Positions 22,733-34,376 of a stretch of 64,000 nucleotides of DNA are shown here, in pieces (the first letter of the stretch is position 1; every line of letters begins with the position of its first letter). The notes under the pieces were generated by a model. The model saw only the letters and a list, made by a program, of their open reading frames with translations, had not been told where the DNA came from and did no database searches. The DNA is from Blepharisma stoltei ATCC 30299. Lineage: Eukaryota; Protista; Ciliophora. Position numbers and translations under genes: made by a program. Location of the stretch: assembly GCA_965603825.1 (NCBI GenBank), contig CBFDEM010000035.1:248001-312000 (forward strand). Direction: 5' to 3'.

Positions 22733-23860
22733 CTAATCAATTTTTATTAACTCTTGAATCAAACTATTTTTTCTTACTTCTATTGCTTTATCAATAAAAG
22801 TATCCAACAGAGCTCCATTTAGCATGCTATCAATCCCATGCATCGTCAAGCCAAACCTGTGGTCAGTAATTCGGTCCTGAGGCCAATTATAAGTCCTTAT
22901 TTTCTCACTTCGATCACCTGTTCCTTTTTGCGACTTCCTAGATGCTTGCACTTCTTGCTCTCTTTCCTGCTTCTCCAAAGCATAAACTCTTGATCTCAGT
23001 ACCTTCCAAGCTTTTTCTTTATTAATGTGTTGATATCGCTCATCTTGACACTGTGCCGTGATTCCTGTTGGGATGTGTGTTAGTCTAATAGCTGACTCAG
23101 TTTTATTTACATGTTGGCCTCCTGCACCTCGTGATCGCATTGTTTCAATCTTGACGTCTTTTTCATCAATTTTGAAATCTACAGGAGCTTCTTCTGGTAA
23201 GACCACAACAGATGCGGTTGAGGAGTGGAGGCGTCCCGAAGCTTCTGTCTCGGGGATGCGGATTACTTTGTGTACACCTGATTCGTATTTTAGTCTACCA
23301 TATGAGTTATGTCCTTCAATTTTTATTGTTGCTTCTTTAACGCCTCTTACTGTTGACGCGTCTCTTGAGATTGATATCGTGTGGGCGTCCCATCCATGAT
23401 GTTCTGCATAGCAGATATACATATTTAGTAAATCATCGCAAAATAAGCAGCTTTCTGATCCACCGACACCAGGCCTTAATTCGATAAGTGTGTTAGAAGT
23501 GTCATCTGGGTCTTTTGGAATCAAGATCTCAATTGCCACAGCTTCTAAATCTTCTAGCTCAGATACTTTTTCATTTATTTCATTTTGAGCGTCTTCTTTC
23601 ATAGTCTCGTCTTTTGCGAGGATTTCCAGATCTTCTATACTTGTTGTCAAATCTTTTAGCTTAGTATAAAAATTAACTTGATCATTAAGTGATGCAGCTT
23701 CAATTTGCAGCCTAGGAATTTGGCTTGCTTCTTTTCCTTCAGTCAATATATGCATAATTTGGTCATTTAATAATTGCTGCTGCTTATAATACGGCTCAAG
23801 CTTTTTGAGTAATGACAATGTGAGTGGCTTGAAAGAATATGATCTTACAATTTGCCACAT
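22733..23860 (-). CDS. Mitochondrial peptide chain release factor 1 (bacterial RF1-type)
   Basis: Presequence-like N-terminus; LKYESGVHKVIRIPETE (PxT), GAGGQHVNKTESA, RSEKIRTYN. Confidence 0.93.
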   Translation of the reverse strand: MWQIVRSYSFKPLTLSLLKKLEPYYKQQQLLNDQIMHILTEGKEASQIPRLQIEAASLNDQVNFYTKLKDLTTSIEDLEILAKDETMKEDAQNEINEKVSELEDLEAVAIEILIPKDPDDTSNTLIELRPGVGGSESCLFCDDLLNMYICYAEHHGWDAHTISISRDASTVRGVKEATIKIEGHNSYGRLKYESGVHKVIRIPETEASGRLHSSTASVVVLPEEAPVDFKIDEKDVKIETMRSRGAGGQHVNKTESAIRLTHIPTGITAQCQDERYQHINKEKAWKVLRSRVYALEKQEREQEVQASRKSQKGTGDRSEKIRTYNWPQDRITDHRFGLTMHGIDSMLNGALLDTFIDKAIEVRKNSLIQELIKID

Positions 23861-23909
23861 ATTTTAATATGAAAATAAAAGCTTCGCTAACACAAAATTT
23901 TATTAGTTT

Positions 23910-25859
23910 TTACAATGCTATGTCTACATCGTTATCTGATCTTCTGGGCCTTTTATCAATAAATTCTCTCAGCTTCCTTATCATATCAGCCCCTCTTATT
24001 ACCTGTCGTAAAGACTTTCGACCAGTAGCGTTCGTAAACTGCGAGTTAGGCAGCGGCCGAGGCACATATTGTTCTGAGATTTCTGAAAAATCCTCGTCTG
24101 AGTCCAATAAAATTTGAGCATCATCAAAGCTGTTGAGTGACAAAAAAAGCTGCTGAGCCTCATCTAAGCTTTCATCTGCGCTGCACGACATTTCACATTG
24201 ATAATAAAAATCAGATGACCTGTCGCCCATCTTTGCAGTGGACTCTTCTGATATTGCTGGATTTGAGTACTCACTTTCCAGTCTAAGCTCTTCATAGTGG
24301 ATTTTATTGGTCGTTAAATCAACTTCAAATAAAGAGTCTTCAGGAGGAGCAATTAAAACACTTTCAAACGTAACAATTACCTTTACAGAGGCATATATAG
24401 GGATGATAGCCTTTACTGGGAAACCTATTTCGCTTAACATGCTGTGGCTTAAAAAGGGTTTTAGTTTATTAGCCTTTTTGCTCACAGTAGTCAAGAGATC
24501 TAGTAATGGAACGAAGCTTTTTAATGAAAGCGGGTATGATTCGCATGCCATTAAAGTAGCTGTTATGTCTTTAGATATGTGCTTGCTTGATTTTGGACTT
24601 AGCAGGACTGTATTAAAGTTTTCACTTCTTGAAGAGCTCTGTGAATAAAGTAAATACTCCTCAAAAGTCTTAAGGCTCTGCAAATTTTTATCGAGGACAA
24701 TCTGCCTTTTTTCCATATCAGCTGCAGCTTTGCACGTCAGCTTATATTTTACGCAGTTTCAATTTTTAACGTTTTCTGTGACTGGGTCGCCTTTCCAGTT
24801 TTTTTCTGGCTTGACGTTGACTCCGAAAATTTCAAACTCGCCACTTATTTTTTTCTTTTTAAATAGTTTTTCTACAACCCTCTCCACTTGCTCATTAGAG
24901 GGGTCAATTTCAAGCTCTTTGCAGGTTTTATTATTGTGGTCGACGATTATGACCTTTCCTTCGTCACTATCATAAATTATTGATAGGCAGCCCCTTTTGG
25001 ATTTCAGACCTTCTCAGCCGATCAACGTTAAATCGATCCGAACTTGGCTCCCTTTTTTGTAAATCCGATAAATATCTGAAGGTGTTATTTTTTTTACAAA
25101 AGGAATCAAATTACTATTGCATTCCCATCGCATTATAAGTGAGAAGTCAGGCATTTCACTCAAAGCCTTTTTGAACTCTTCTTGATGATTGACTCATGTT
25201 TCTCTTGTATTTCGTAGGTATCCTGCAACTAATACTGATAGAATGTGGCGATCTTTCATACCCAAGGCTTGCTCCAAAGGACTTGGATCTTCAGGCGATA
25301 ATCGAAATTTAGGATCTGCCCCATGGTCAACGAGGACTAAGACTTCTTCATAGCGCTTCAATTTGACAGCAAGCATCAAAGGTGTGTTACCCAAAAAATC
25401 CACCTGATCAATATCAACATAAATTCGGTCATTATCCTCTCCCGCACAAAGTTGGCGGATCCGGAATAAATTCCTCTCAAAAACGGCCTTATGTAATGGA
25501 AAACTGTCATTGGAATCAAGAGGAGGTAAAAGTGTAATGTATCTAAGTAAAGACTCAACGGCATTTGAGATATTTGAAATGGTCACTCCTTTTCAGAATT
25601 CGTAAAGCACCTTACGAACAAGTGGCTGCTCCCATGTAAGTGGATGAATTAGACTTCTTAATCTGTGTAAAGTTTTTGATTCGTCGTTTGGAAAAAAGCG
25701 AACGTGTTTTTCTTTTATTTGTAATATAAGGCTCAAGGATTTTAGCACTTGGAGCCTTCTTTCATTGTGGGAGATGCTAGGGAAGGTGTGACTATTTATT
25801 ATCGCGATACAATCTTGACAAATTGAGTGTAATTGGTTTAAACCCCATCTCATTTTCAT
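23910..25859 (-). CDS. ANKRD13-family ankyrin repeat protein
   Basis: FPLHKAV, GNTPLMLAV; PDFSLIMRWE...ITPSDIYRIYKKGSQVRIDLTLIG-W; in-frame TGAs at 25593, 25194, 25014 and 24759. Confidence 0.85.
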
Positions 25860-26225
25860 TTTTATATCTAATTTTAAGCTAGCAGCTCAAACTTGCCAGC
25901 TCTCTTTGTAATCTAACAAAGAATAAAGATTCAAAAGCATTAGGAACAAAGTTTGTTAAGGATTGATCGTTTATAATAAAAATTAATATTATTTATAAAA
26001 ATTAAAAGAGAAAATTTGATTGCAGTTGCCTTCTAACTTTAAAAATAGTGCTTTTTTATTTAAAAAATAATCATTATTGCAAATAATTGTTTTATAATTC
26101 ACAAATTTACAGATAATCTTCCCGCACATAGTAGGATTTTGAGAAATATTTGATCTTCATAAAATAGAAAAATAGAAAAGAAAATAAAATTTGATACAAA
26201 CGCAACATTCCAAATAAATTTAAAA

Positions 26226-26669
26226 ATGGGAAGAGACCTCAACTTGATCAAGATGGGGACAGAGCTGATTCAATGCTCCATTTGCCTTGAATTTCCAATA
26301 GAGCCATTGGAATGCAAAGGTTGTGATAACTTATTTTGCAAAGAATGTCTGCTGCTTTGGTTTCGGGTCACAGAAAAGCTAGAATGCCCACACAGATGTG
26401 AAAAATTGTATTTTAGCACTGTTGACCATACCTTAGCAAGATTAACCAGATGTGTCACTACAAAATGCCGAAATGAAAACTGTTCTTACCAAGGAAGCAT
26501 TGATGAAGTAACAAAGCACGAAGAGTTATGCATCCCTCTAAATGAAAACAGAGCAGATATTGCATATGAGAAAATAGTGGAATTAATCAATAGTCGAAGG
26601 GATGCTGAATGAATGATGTATTTGCTGTCTGCCTATAGACCCCCGCCACCTTATTACTTGTGTTATTAG
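26226..26669 (+). CDS. RING plus TRAF-type zinc finger protein
   Basis: CSICLE...CKGC...FCKEC...CPHRC, then CRNENC...HEELC; TGA 26610 read as Trp extends to TAG 26667-26669. Confidence 0.8.
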
Positions 26670-26762
26670 GTACAACGTGTATAATTAAATTAAAATATCT
26701 TTGTACTTTAATTTTTATTTAATTAGTCTATGCGACAATAACAGTAATTTAATAGCAAGTAA

Positions 26763-27140
26763 ATGGATGAGTTAGAAGAGCCAAGTGGAGAAGTTAATTC
26801 TGAGGATGCTCTGTGCAAAATCGTTAGAGGAGAAATTGATCCTGAATTAAATTATGTATTTGAGCTCAGAAACTTCCAGAGAAATGGAGAAGATGATTTT
26901 ACTTTATGATTGGCTACCACGACATTGGCAAATCATTTTGAAGATTTAGGAAATTTTGATCTGGCTGCTAAATATTTAGCGTTAACGTTTTATCATTACC
27001 CTGAAGATCAAGATATTACGTCAAAACTTCAAGAGGCTGGATTTTTAGAAAACGTAAAAAGCATTTATAATATGCAGCAAGGGATGGATTATTTTATAGA
27101 TCATGTCGTTCATTTTATGAAGCAAGCAATTACTCTTTAA
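26763..27140 (+). CDS. Hypothetical protein (TPR-like helices)
   Basis: ATG 26763 joins ORF 26910-27140 via TGA 26907-26909. Confidence 0.7.
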
Positions 27141-27293
27141 CGTAATTATTTCCTTTATTTGTACTTTTTCCTTATCAATTAATTTAAAATATAAAAAGTT
27201 ATATTAAATTTAATGTTTGAGTGTAGTAGCTTTGCTTAATAAAATGCATAAATTGTGATTTATTTATTTTTCTCAAAAATTTTTTTTATAAAA

Positions 27294-28995
27294 TTACACA
27301 GCCTTATGGGTTTTCTTTTTTAAAATATAATGCCTCCAATAGTATTGAATATACAAAACTGCATTTCGAATATTCTGAAATAGGTTCCTGCATTGGTGCC
27401 TTCTTACTATTTTTTGAATAGCAATTGCAGAATTTTTCATTTTAAGAAATTTTCTTCTTGCTAAAAATTTTCTAATTTGAGCTTGAATTAATACAATTGA
27501 GAGTTCTTTATTTTCAGATTTTGTTTCTTCTATTGGATTCAGCAAGTTTCTTTTTATTCTATTTCCACCTTTATATCCTTTTAAGAGAGGATTAGCCAAG
27601 TATTTGCTTTTATTAAAATTTGGCTTATCTTGAGATTCAGTTTTATCGGGTTTATGTGGAATTAGTTTCTGATTTTGGAGTTTTTGCTCTTTTTCTGATT
27701 TTTTTGTTGTATTTTTATAATTAATATCAGGCTTTTCCGTTCGAGAAACTTCATTGAATATACCAAAACCTTCTTTTTTAATTCTTTCTAATTCTGCAAC
27801 AGCAGATAAAGCCTTCAGCTTTGCTTGGTTTTTGCTATAATATTTTCTAGCTATATACCCTCTTCAATACTTTTGTATTGTAGTTGCACTCTTCTCTCTC
27901 AAGGACTTGTTATTATTCTGGGTTGTTTCTGATTTTTTTACTTCAGGTTTGAATTTTTTCTCAAAGCCATTTATTTTCGCTTGAATTTCTCCAAATTTTT
28001 CTTTAATTTTAAGAATGGAATTTTGGTCAATAGCTTCTTTTGGCACTGATCTCCCTCTTTTAAATACTAGCCTCGCTTTAGAGGGAGGGTTTACAGAACT
28101 TAACCTTGCAGAGTTATGCTGAATATAAGACTGCTGGCTAGGTGCATTTTCAATTATTTCACTCCTATTCATCGAATTTTCCAAAGACTTAGGAGTCTTC
28201 ACCTTTGAATTTTTAGATAAAGGGCGTGCACTTGTTCTGTTTGTTTGATTATATCTTCTATTTGATGATTTTATTTGAGGCAAAGTATTATCCAATTGCG
28301 CTATTTTTGAATGCAATAATGACTTAACTGCAGCATAACCAAAACTGGAATTCAGTTTTCCTAGCTTTTTGTCATTATTTTTATTATTTTTGATCATGTC
28401 ATAACTAGATGCCAATTTTTGAGTCAAAGGGTGAGAATTTCCTAGCTTTTGTGTCGCCATATCCAAGCCACATTTATATGTTTCTTCTGCTTTTCTTATA
28501 TCATTTAAAAACTCATATTCGACACCTGCGCTATACAGCACCAAAATCAATGTATTAATTACACCATCAGGGCCATCACGGTCATACACCTCTTTTAAAA
28601 TCTGGAGGGCAGTTATTGCATGGTGAAGTGCTTTGTCATGTCTTTCAGCCTGGGAATAAATAGCACATATATTTAGATGAGTTGCTGCGAGATTTGTACG
28701 ATCTGCTGAGGAAAAAGCATCAAAGTTAAGTGCTTTAAGCAGCCATTGCAGTGCAAGTTTTTGCTTTCCAAGTTTTTTGTAGTAGCAGCCAATGTTATTA
28801 TTAGTGATCGCCAAAAGTTTTAAACTAATTGGGGATTTTTCACTAAACCTAAGAAGCTCTTGTGCTCGGGAAAGCTGCTGAAGAGATTCTGAATAGTTTT
28901 CTTGGCGAAGATAATCCATTGCAAGTTTATTGCAATTAAGGACAAGTGAGTCTATCTGAGTTAGTTTTTACCCCTTTTTCTTCATTGAGTTCCAT
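27294..28995 (-). CDS. TPR plus IQ calmodulin-binding motif protein; one intron
   Basis: TNNNIGCYY and THLNICAIYS TPRs; IQKY-W(TGA 27864)-RGYIARK, IQAQIRKFLARR, IQKIVRRH, IQYYWR. Confidence 0.88.
28956..28971 (-). other. 16-nt intron
   Basis: gtaaaaactaactcag; connects ATG 28995 (MELNEEKG) to IDSLVLNCNKLAM; A at -6. Confidence 0.75.
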
Positions 28996-29152
28996 TTCCG
29001 TTTAGAGTCACTCTCTAAATATTTAAAAATGATTCATAAATTGAAGTTCCCTTTAAATTTTCAAGAATAATATCTTATTAAGGTAACCAACGAGATTATT
29101 ATTTTAATCTTATGCTAAATACTGCCTCTAAAGTTGCGTATTAGAAAAAATA

Positions 29153-30094
29153 ATGACCTATAATTTAATGGAAAGAAGAAAACCAAGATCAAAAATACCA
29201 AGTCAACAAACAGCAGCCCTCACAAGCAGTTCGACACCAGTGTCTTCCCTTAGGCTTCCAGAATCGGGCGAAATCCTTAATCTTGAGCCCCTTGGGAATA
29301 TCGAGCAATTAAAAGAAATCATACATCAGCTTCAGTTAAAAGATGCCATAACCAGGCAAGAACTCTCCAAAGCTGAAAGAGTTAAAAAAGAGCTGAGTGA
29401 CATTAAATTATCAATTCAGTCTGACATCCAAAGACTTGAAAAAGAGCTAACCCAAGAAGACAGAATGCTGCAAAGGCAAGAAGACGATCTTGTAAATATA
29501 AAATCCAAAGATTCAATTCCTTATAAACCACATAGACATTACGCCTCAGAAATTACTTTTACAACAGAAAAATGTAGGGCATGAATAAAAGAGATGGAAA
29601 CCATTCATAATGACGAAACGCAAGCACATATCAGGACTCAACACAATTTTGGGAATCTAGAGAGAGATTTAAAAAGAAATGGAGACTCAAGAGAAATTAT
29701 AGAAACTATGAAAGAACTGATAAATGATTATGAAAGCCTTCTAGCTTTGAAAGATAGCAAAGCTCGAGTTGAAAGCGCTTTTTTGTATCAAGATGTGGAA
29801 GTGCTCAAAAGGAACTATAGTGATGAAGCGAATATTCTTGAAGGGCTGAGAGCAACTGCTTTTAAGTTTCAGAAAGAAAGATATGAGGTAGAAAAAAGAG
29901 TAAAAGAGTGCTGCAATGATGAAAAAATTGAGAAAGGGCTGAATGATAAGCCTGCAGAAGCAGACGCCCTGCAAGCTGCAAATCAAATTTTGGTGAGATT
30001 AAAAGAGAAACTAGGGAAATCAAACGAAACAAGTCCTTTTCTCACAAAAATAAATCAGCAGGTAAATATACATAAAAATAGAGTTCAACTCTAG
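29153..30094 (+). CDS. Coiled-coil protein
   Basis: Two ORFs joined in frame by TGA 29582-29584; TAG stop. Confidence 0.75.
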
Positions 30095-30172
30095 TTTGTA
30101 TTTCTCACATCGTCATATAAATTTGCTCAGTCAATTATTAAACCATAAAGGAATTAATCTTTAGCCATTAAA

Positions 30173-33100
30173 TTACTTTTTTACTACTGAAGGCTTTTTC
30201 AGAACCATCTTTTTGGTGGATGCTGTTGACACCGTTCCTACTGGGGATTTTCCCTCTTCTTCCTTGGCTCCTTTCGCTTTACGTTCTGTTGGTATTCCTT
30301 TCAAGTCTACATCAGTTACAATCTTCCTCTCAGACAACGAAGCCATTAATTCAGGAATAAGGAAAGCTCCCAATCCATATCCTGCAATGCCATATTTCAT
30401 AACAATCTTTGAAAACTCATGAGCTTCAATGGCCTCTTTTCCGTCCCCAGCCCCTGCAAACAGCTCAGAAATTTGTTCAGGACTAAGATTAGGGTCATAT
30501 TGTGTCACTAATTGAGTGAACTGTTCAAGATTGATTGTCTCAGAGTTGAATCTTGAGAAATCTGAGTATAAGTGAGCCGCATCTTTTCTTTGTCTAGCTT
30601 TGAAGACTTCTACAAGAGCTATCAGATATGAAGCTTTTGAGACGACCCACTCAGGGTTTCTATTGCATTCCATAAGGTATTTCATATTGATTCTGCCTGT
30701 GAACTCAGTCTTTTCGAGCTCCCCGCTTCCGTCTTTGTCTAAAGACTCTAGGAGTGTTTGGATTTTTGCATCACTAATCCAGAGATCTAAGTCTTGCTTG
30801 ACTCCTGCAATAAATTCTGTTGTGCTGATTGATCCGCCTCCATCTTTGTCTAGGACGTTGAATATCATTTCAGGGGTTTTGCCCATTTTGGCCATTTTAT
30901 GAGTAATCATATAGGCGACGTAGTTGTCTAGGCTAACTGGTTCTGGCTTTATGAGCTCAAGGGCAAGAGTCCCTGATTCTTTGTCGTTAGCAAAGTTTAC
31001 TAAAATATGGTCAATAACATCACTTAATAATGCTAAGCCTCCTGTTGATGCAAGGTCATAAGCTGCTTTGCCGTGGGTAGTTCCTGTTGGAGCGCCTGTT
31101 TGTTTCTTTCCTTGTACAGCACGAGCTTTTTCTAATTTTTCAATTAAAGGATTGAAGTTAACTCTTGCTCTAACCAAATAGATAGCAAGATTATATGGAA
31201 CTGGCTCAGGGTGGAAAACTTGCAAGAGACGACTGTAGAAAATGGCATATTTATTGCCTTCTCTATAAACTTGCTGAAGACCAGGGATGAACTGTCCCAA
31301 GAACTTATAAGCCAGTGACTGTATTCCAAAGTTTCTTGTAATAAACTCCATCATAAACTCAGTCATTGACCTAGGCTGTCTTCTGTCAATTAAGTCTTTG
31401 CGGTCAGTTTCATATTTCTTATCCATAAGATCTTCCAAAAACTTGAAAACGTTCAAGTAGCTCAATGGTTTTTCTCCTTTGACAGCAGACTGCTCAAGTG
31501 ACTTTGTAATGATGTTACATTCAACCAGCTGCCTGTTTTCCTCCATCATACCTTTAGCGGCAGCTGTGTAGTTTTTCCTATCACTTTCATCCATATTTTC
31601 TGGGACTTCAATAAGCTCTGGTTCCTTGGTTTCTTCTGGAATTACTTTCTTAATTGGCCTCAAGCTCCTCCAATAGAAGAAACATTGATTTTGCTTATTT
31701 TTGTATGCATTGATAAACCTAATTAAGAAGTTCCTGTTCATTGCAAGATTATGCTTTCTTTCTAAAGCATCTAACTTAGCTTTTAAGGCTTCAATTTGGT
31801 CATTAAGATCTTTTATTATGGCTTCTCTTTTGCTGATTTCAGATGTCAATTCTTCGATTGCTTTTTGGACTTCTTTTGACTTGTCACCGCTGAACTCTTC
31901 AAGATAGGATAGCTGGGTGTGAAGCTTTTGGTTTTCGTTTTCAAGAGCAGCAGCAGTCTTTATAAGCTGGTCAAGTTGTCTGGTCTTGTATTTGAGTTCT
32001 TCGTTTTCTTGGGTAAGCTCTCTGATTTTTCTTTCAAGCTCGCTGATGTCGACGTCTTGCTCTTGGATTTTTTGCTCGCATTCATCTTTTTCTTCTTTAA
32101 TCAGAAGATAAAGCTGATGGTATTTTTTGGCATCATTTAGTTGGTCTTCGATTTCTGATAGTGCTGAGTCTTTGTCTTCAATGATTTTCAATAGAATTGC
32201 TTTTTCTTCTGGGTTGTATAGTGCAGCCTTTTCTTGAAGTTCTTTATTTTCATCCTGAAGAGCTAAAAGCTGTGTTTTTAAGTCTTCTACCTCTTTATTG
32301 AGATTATCAACTTGGTTTTCTAGACTTGCTTTATCGTTCTTCAGCCCTTGAATTTCATCTTCTTTTGACTTCACTTGCTCTTCTAAGTCAAATATTGTTT
32401 TGGCTTTATTCGCTAGCTCTTCTTTTGCTGCGGCTAGTTCTGCTTTTAAGCTATCTAGCAGTCCTTGGTCTCCTTTAAATGCTTCCTGGCTTAGTTTTTC
32501 GTAATTATCAATGGTAGCCTTCATGCTTTGGATTTCATTATCTTTTTCATTTAAAAGTCTCTTTAAGTTTTTAATTTCTTGGTTTGCTTTGTCTAGGTCG
32601 TCTTCAAGCTTAGATACTTGCTCTTTAAGGGCGTCAACTTCATTCTGAAGGCCAGCATTTTTATCTTTAAGCTGATTGATGATTCCATTTTTCTCGGTTG
32701 ACTCTTGAGCTAGTTTTTCAACTAATTTTTCATTCTGTTCTAAATTATCTTGAAGTGCTTGAATTTGTGACTCATACTGAGCTTTAAGTTCTTCGCTTTT
32801 TTGCTTTTCTTGCTCTAGCTCGCTTTCTTTGGCATCAATTTCGTCTCTTAGATTGCGAACTTCTTTCGCAGTTTTTTCTCTGGCATCTTTTCGAACTTTT
32901 TCTATTTTTTCTAATAGGCCTAATCTTTTTTTAATTTTTTCTAAGGCATCTGAATTATTTTCTGGAATTTCCCTTGCAAGCTCTTCCAATAAATTTTTAA
33001 TTGCTTCAAGTGCAACTTTAGAATCATCACCATCCTGAACAGCAAGCGAAGCTTCTCTTGTAGCATTATTTAAAATATCCTTAGTTTGGCTTTCAAGCTT

Positions 33101-34216
33101 ATCAATTTTGTCTGTCAGATTTTCTCTTTGTGGAAGAGCTTCCAAGGCTTTCTGCTTGAGGACTTCTTGCTTATTTTCTATGTCTATTAATTCTTTTATT
33201 TTTTCTTCAAGCGAGTCTGGATTTTCGAAGTCAGGCTTTTGGACATTTTTCAAAATTCCAGCCAAATTTTCAGCCTCATTCTTGGTACTTGGCTGCAATT
33301 CTGAAAGCTTTGCCAATGTAATTTCTGATTCTTTAGCTAATTTTAGCTGTTTTTCATAAATGTCACTTAATCTGTCAGCAGATAGCCCATTACCTCCAAA
33401 AGTTGGCTTTTCTCCTTGCCACTCAACTCTATAACTTTTATTTGGCTTTTTCTCTGAGAACTCTCCCCACTTCTTGTCTTTTTCTGTCCACAACTTATCT
33501 TCATGCTCATGATTAGGCACTTTCACTCTATTTTCAACCCATTTTACTTTTCCGTTTGTCCCTTCAACATGTTCTTGTTCTTTTTCAGGCTCTTTTTTCC
33601 AGGTCTTTTTTTCGCATTTTTCTTGATCTTGCAGAGTGTTTTCTCCCCAGCTAATCCCGTCTTTCTCATAGCTTTTTTCTGACCCAATTGTTCTTCCAAT
33701 TGTCCAGTATTTTTCATCTCCTTTATCATCTGGCTTTTTTCAATAGTTTTCATTTCTGTGTTCCACTATAGGGCAATTGCAAATGATTCTGGACCTAATA
33801 CCAGAAATCTCGATGCCTGATATGGTCTCTTCTTCATAGATTTTTTTCCCCTTCCCAAGTGTCCATGAAGCTTGAGTTTCATGGTCAGGATAGGTTTTAA
33901 TGATTACACCCCACTCAGTCCGGTCCTTAAGCCAGGTCTTTATGACTGTAGGAACCCCATCTTCGACAAGCCAACGCTCATAAAACCACGTGTCTGAGTT
34001 TCGGTCATGGCCTAGCTTTTCTCCAGTGTTTAGTGTTTTGTCGAGCCATTCGTAAATATCGCAATTGTCAATGATGACAAAAGACTCTTCCTTTTCTTCG
34101 TCACTTTCTTTGAATTGCTCTGAAATATCTTTGAACTTGTTATAAATGGGCATCTCTTTAAGCTGCTTAAGAGAGCATTGAGGATAAGTCCCAACCCACC
34201 AATTCTCGCTCGCCAT
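30173..34216 (-). CDS. About 1347-aa protein: Trp-rich N-terminal repeats, long coiled coil, helical domain, EF-hands
   Basis: ORFs 33740-34216 and 30173-33526 are in one frame via TGA 33740; EF loops DKDGGGSISTTEF and DKDGSGELEKTEF. Confidence 0.85.
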
Positions 34217-34376
34217 TATCCGTTAATTATGGCACTAAAACATTGGTATCGAAAAAAATCCATATATGGTAACATTTTATTTACTATTATAATTTTAGGT
34301 ACCGCCTCATAATAGGTCTTTTTGCTCCAATATAGTATTATAATCGCTAAAGTAAATAGATTTCTTCATTATTCAA

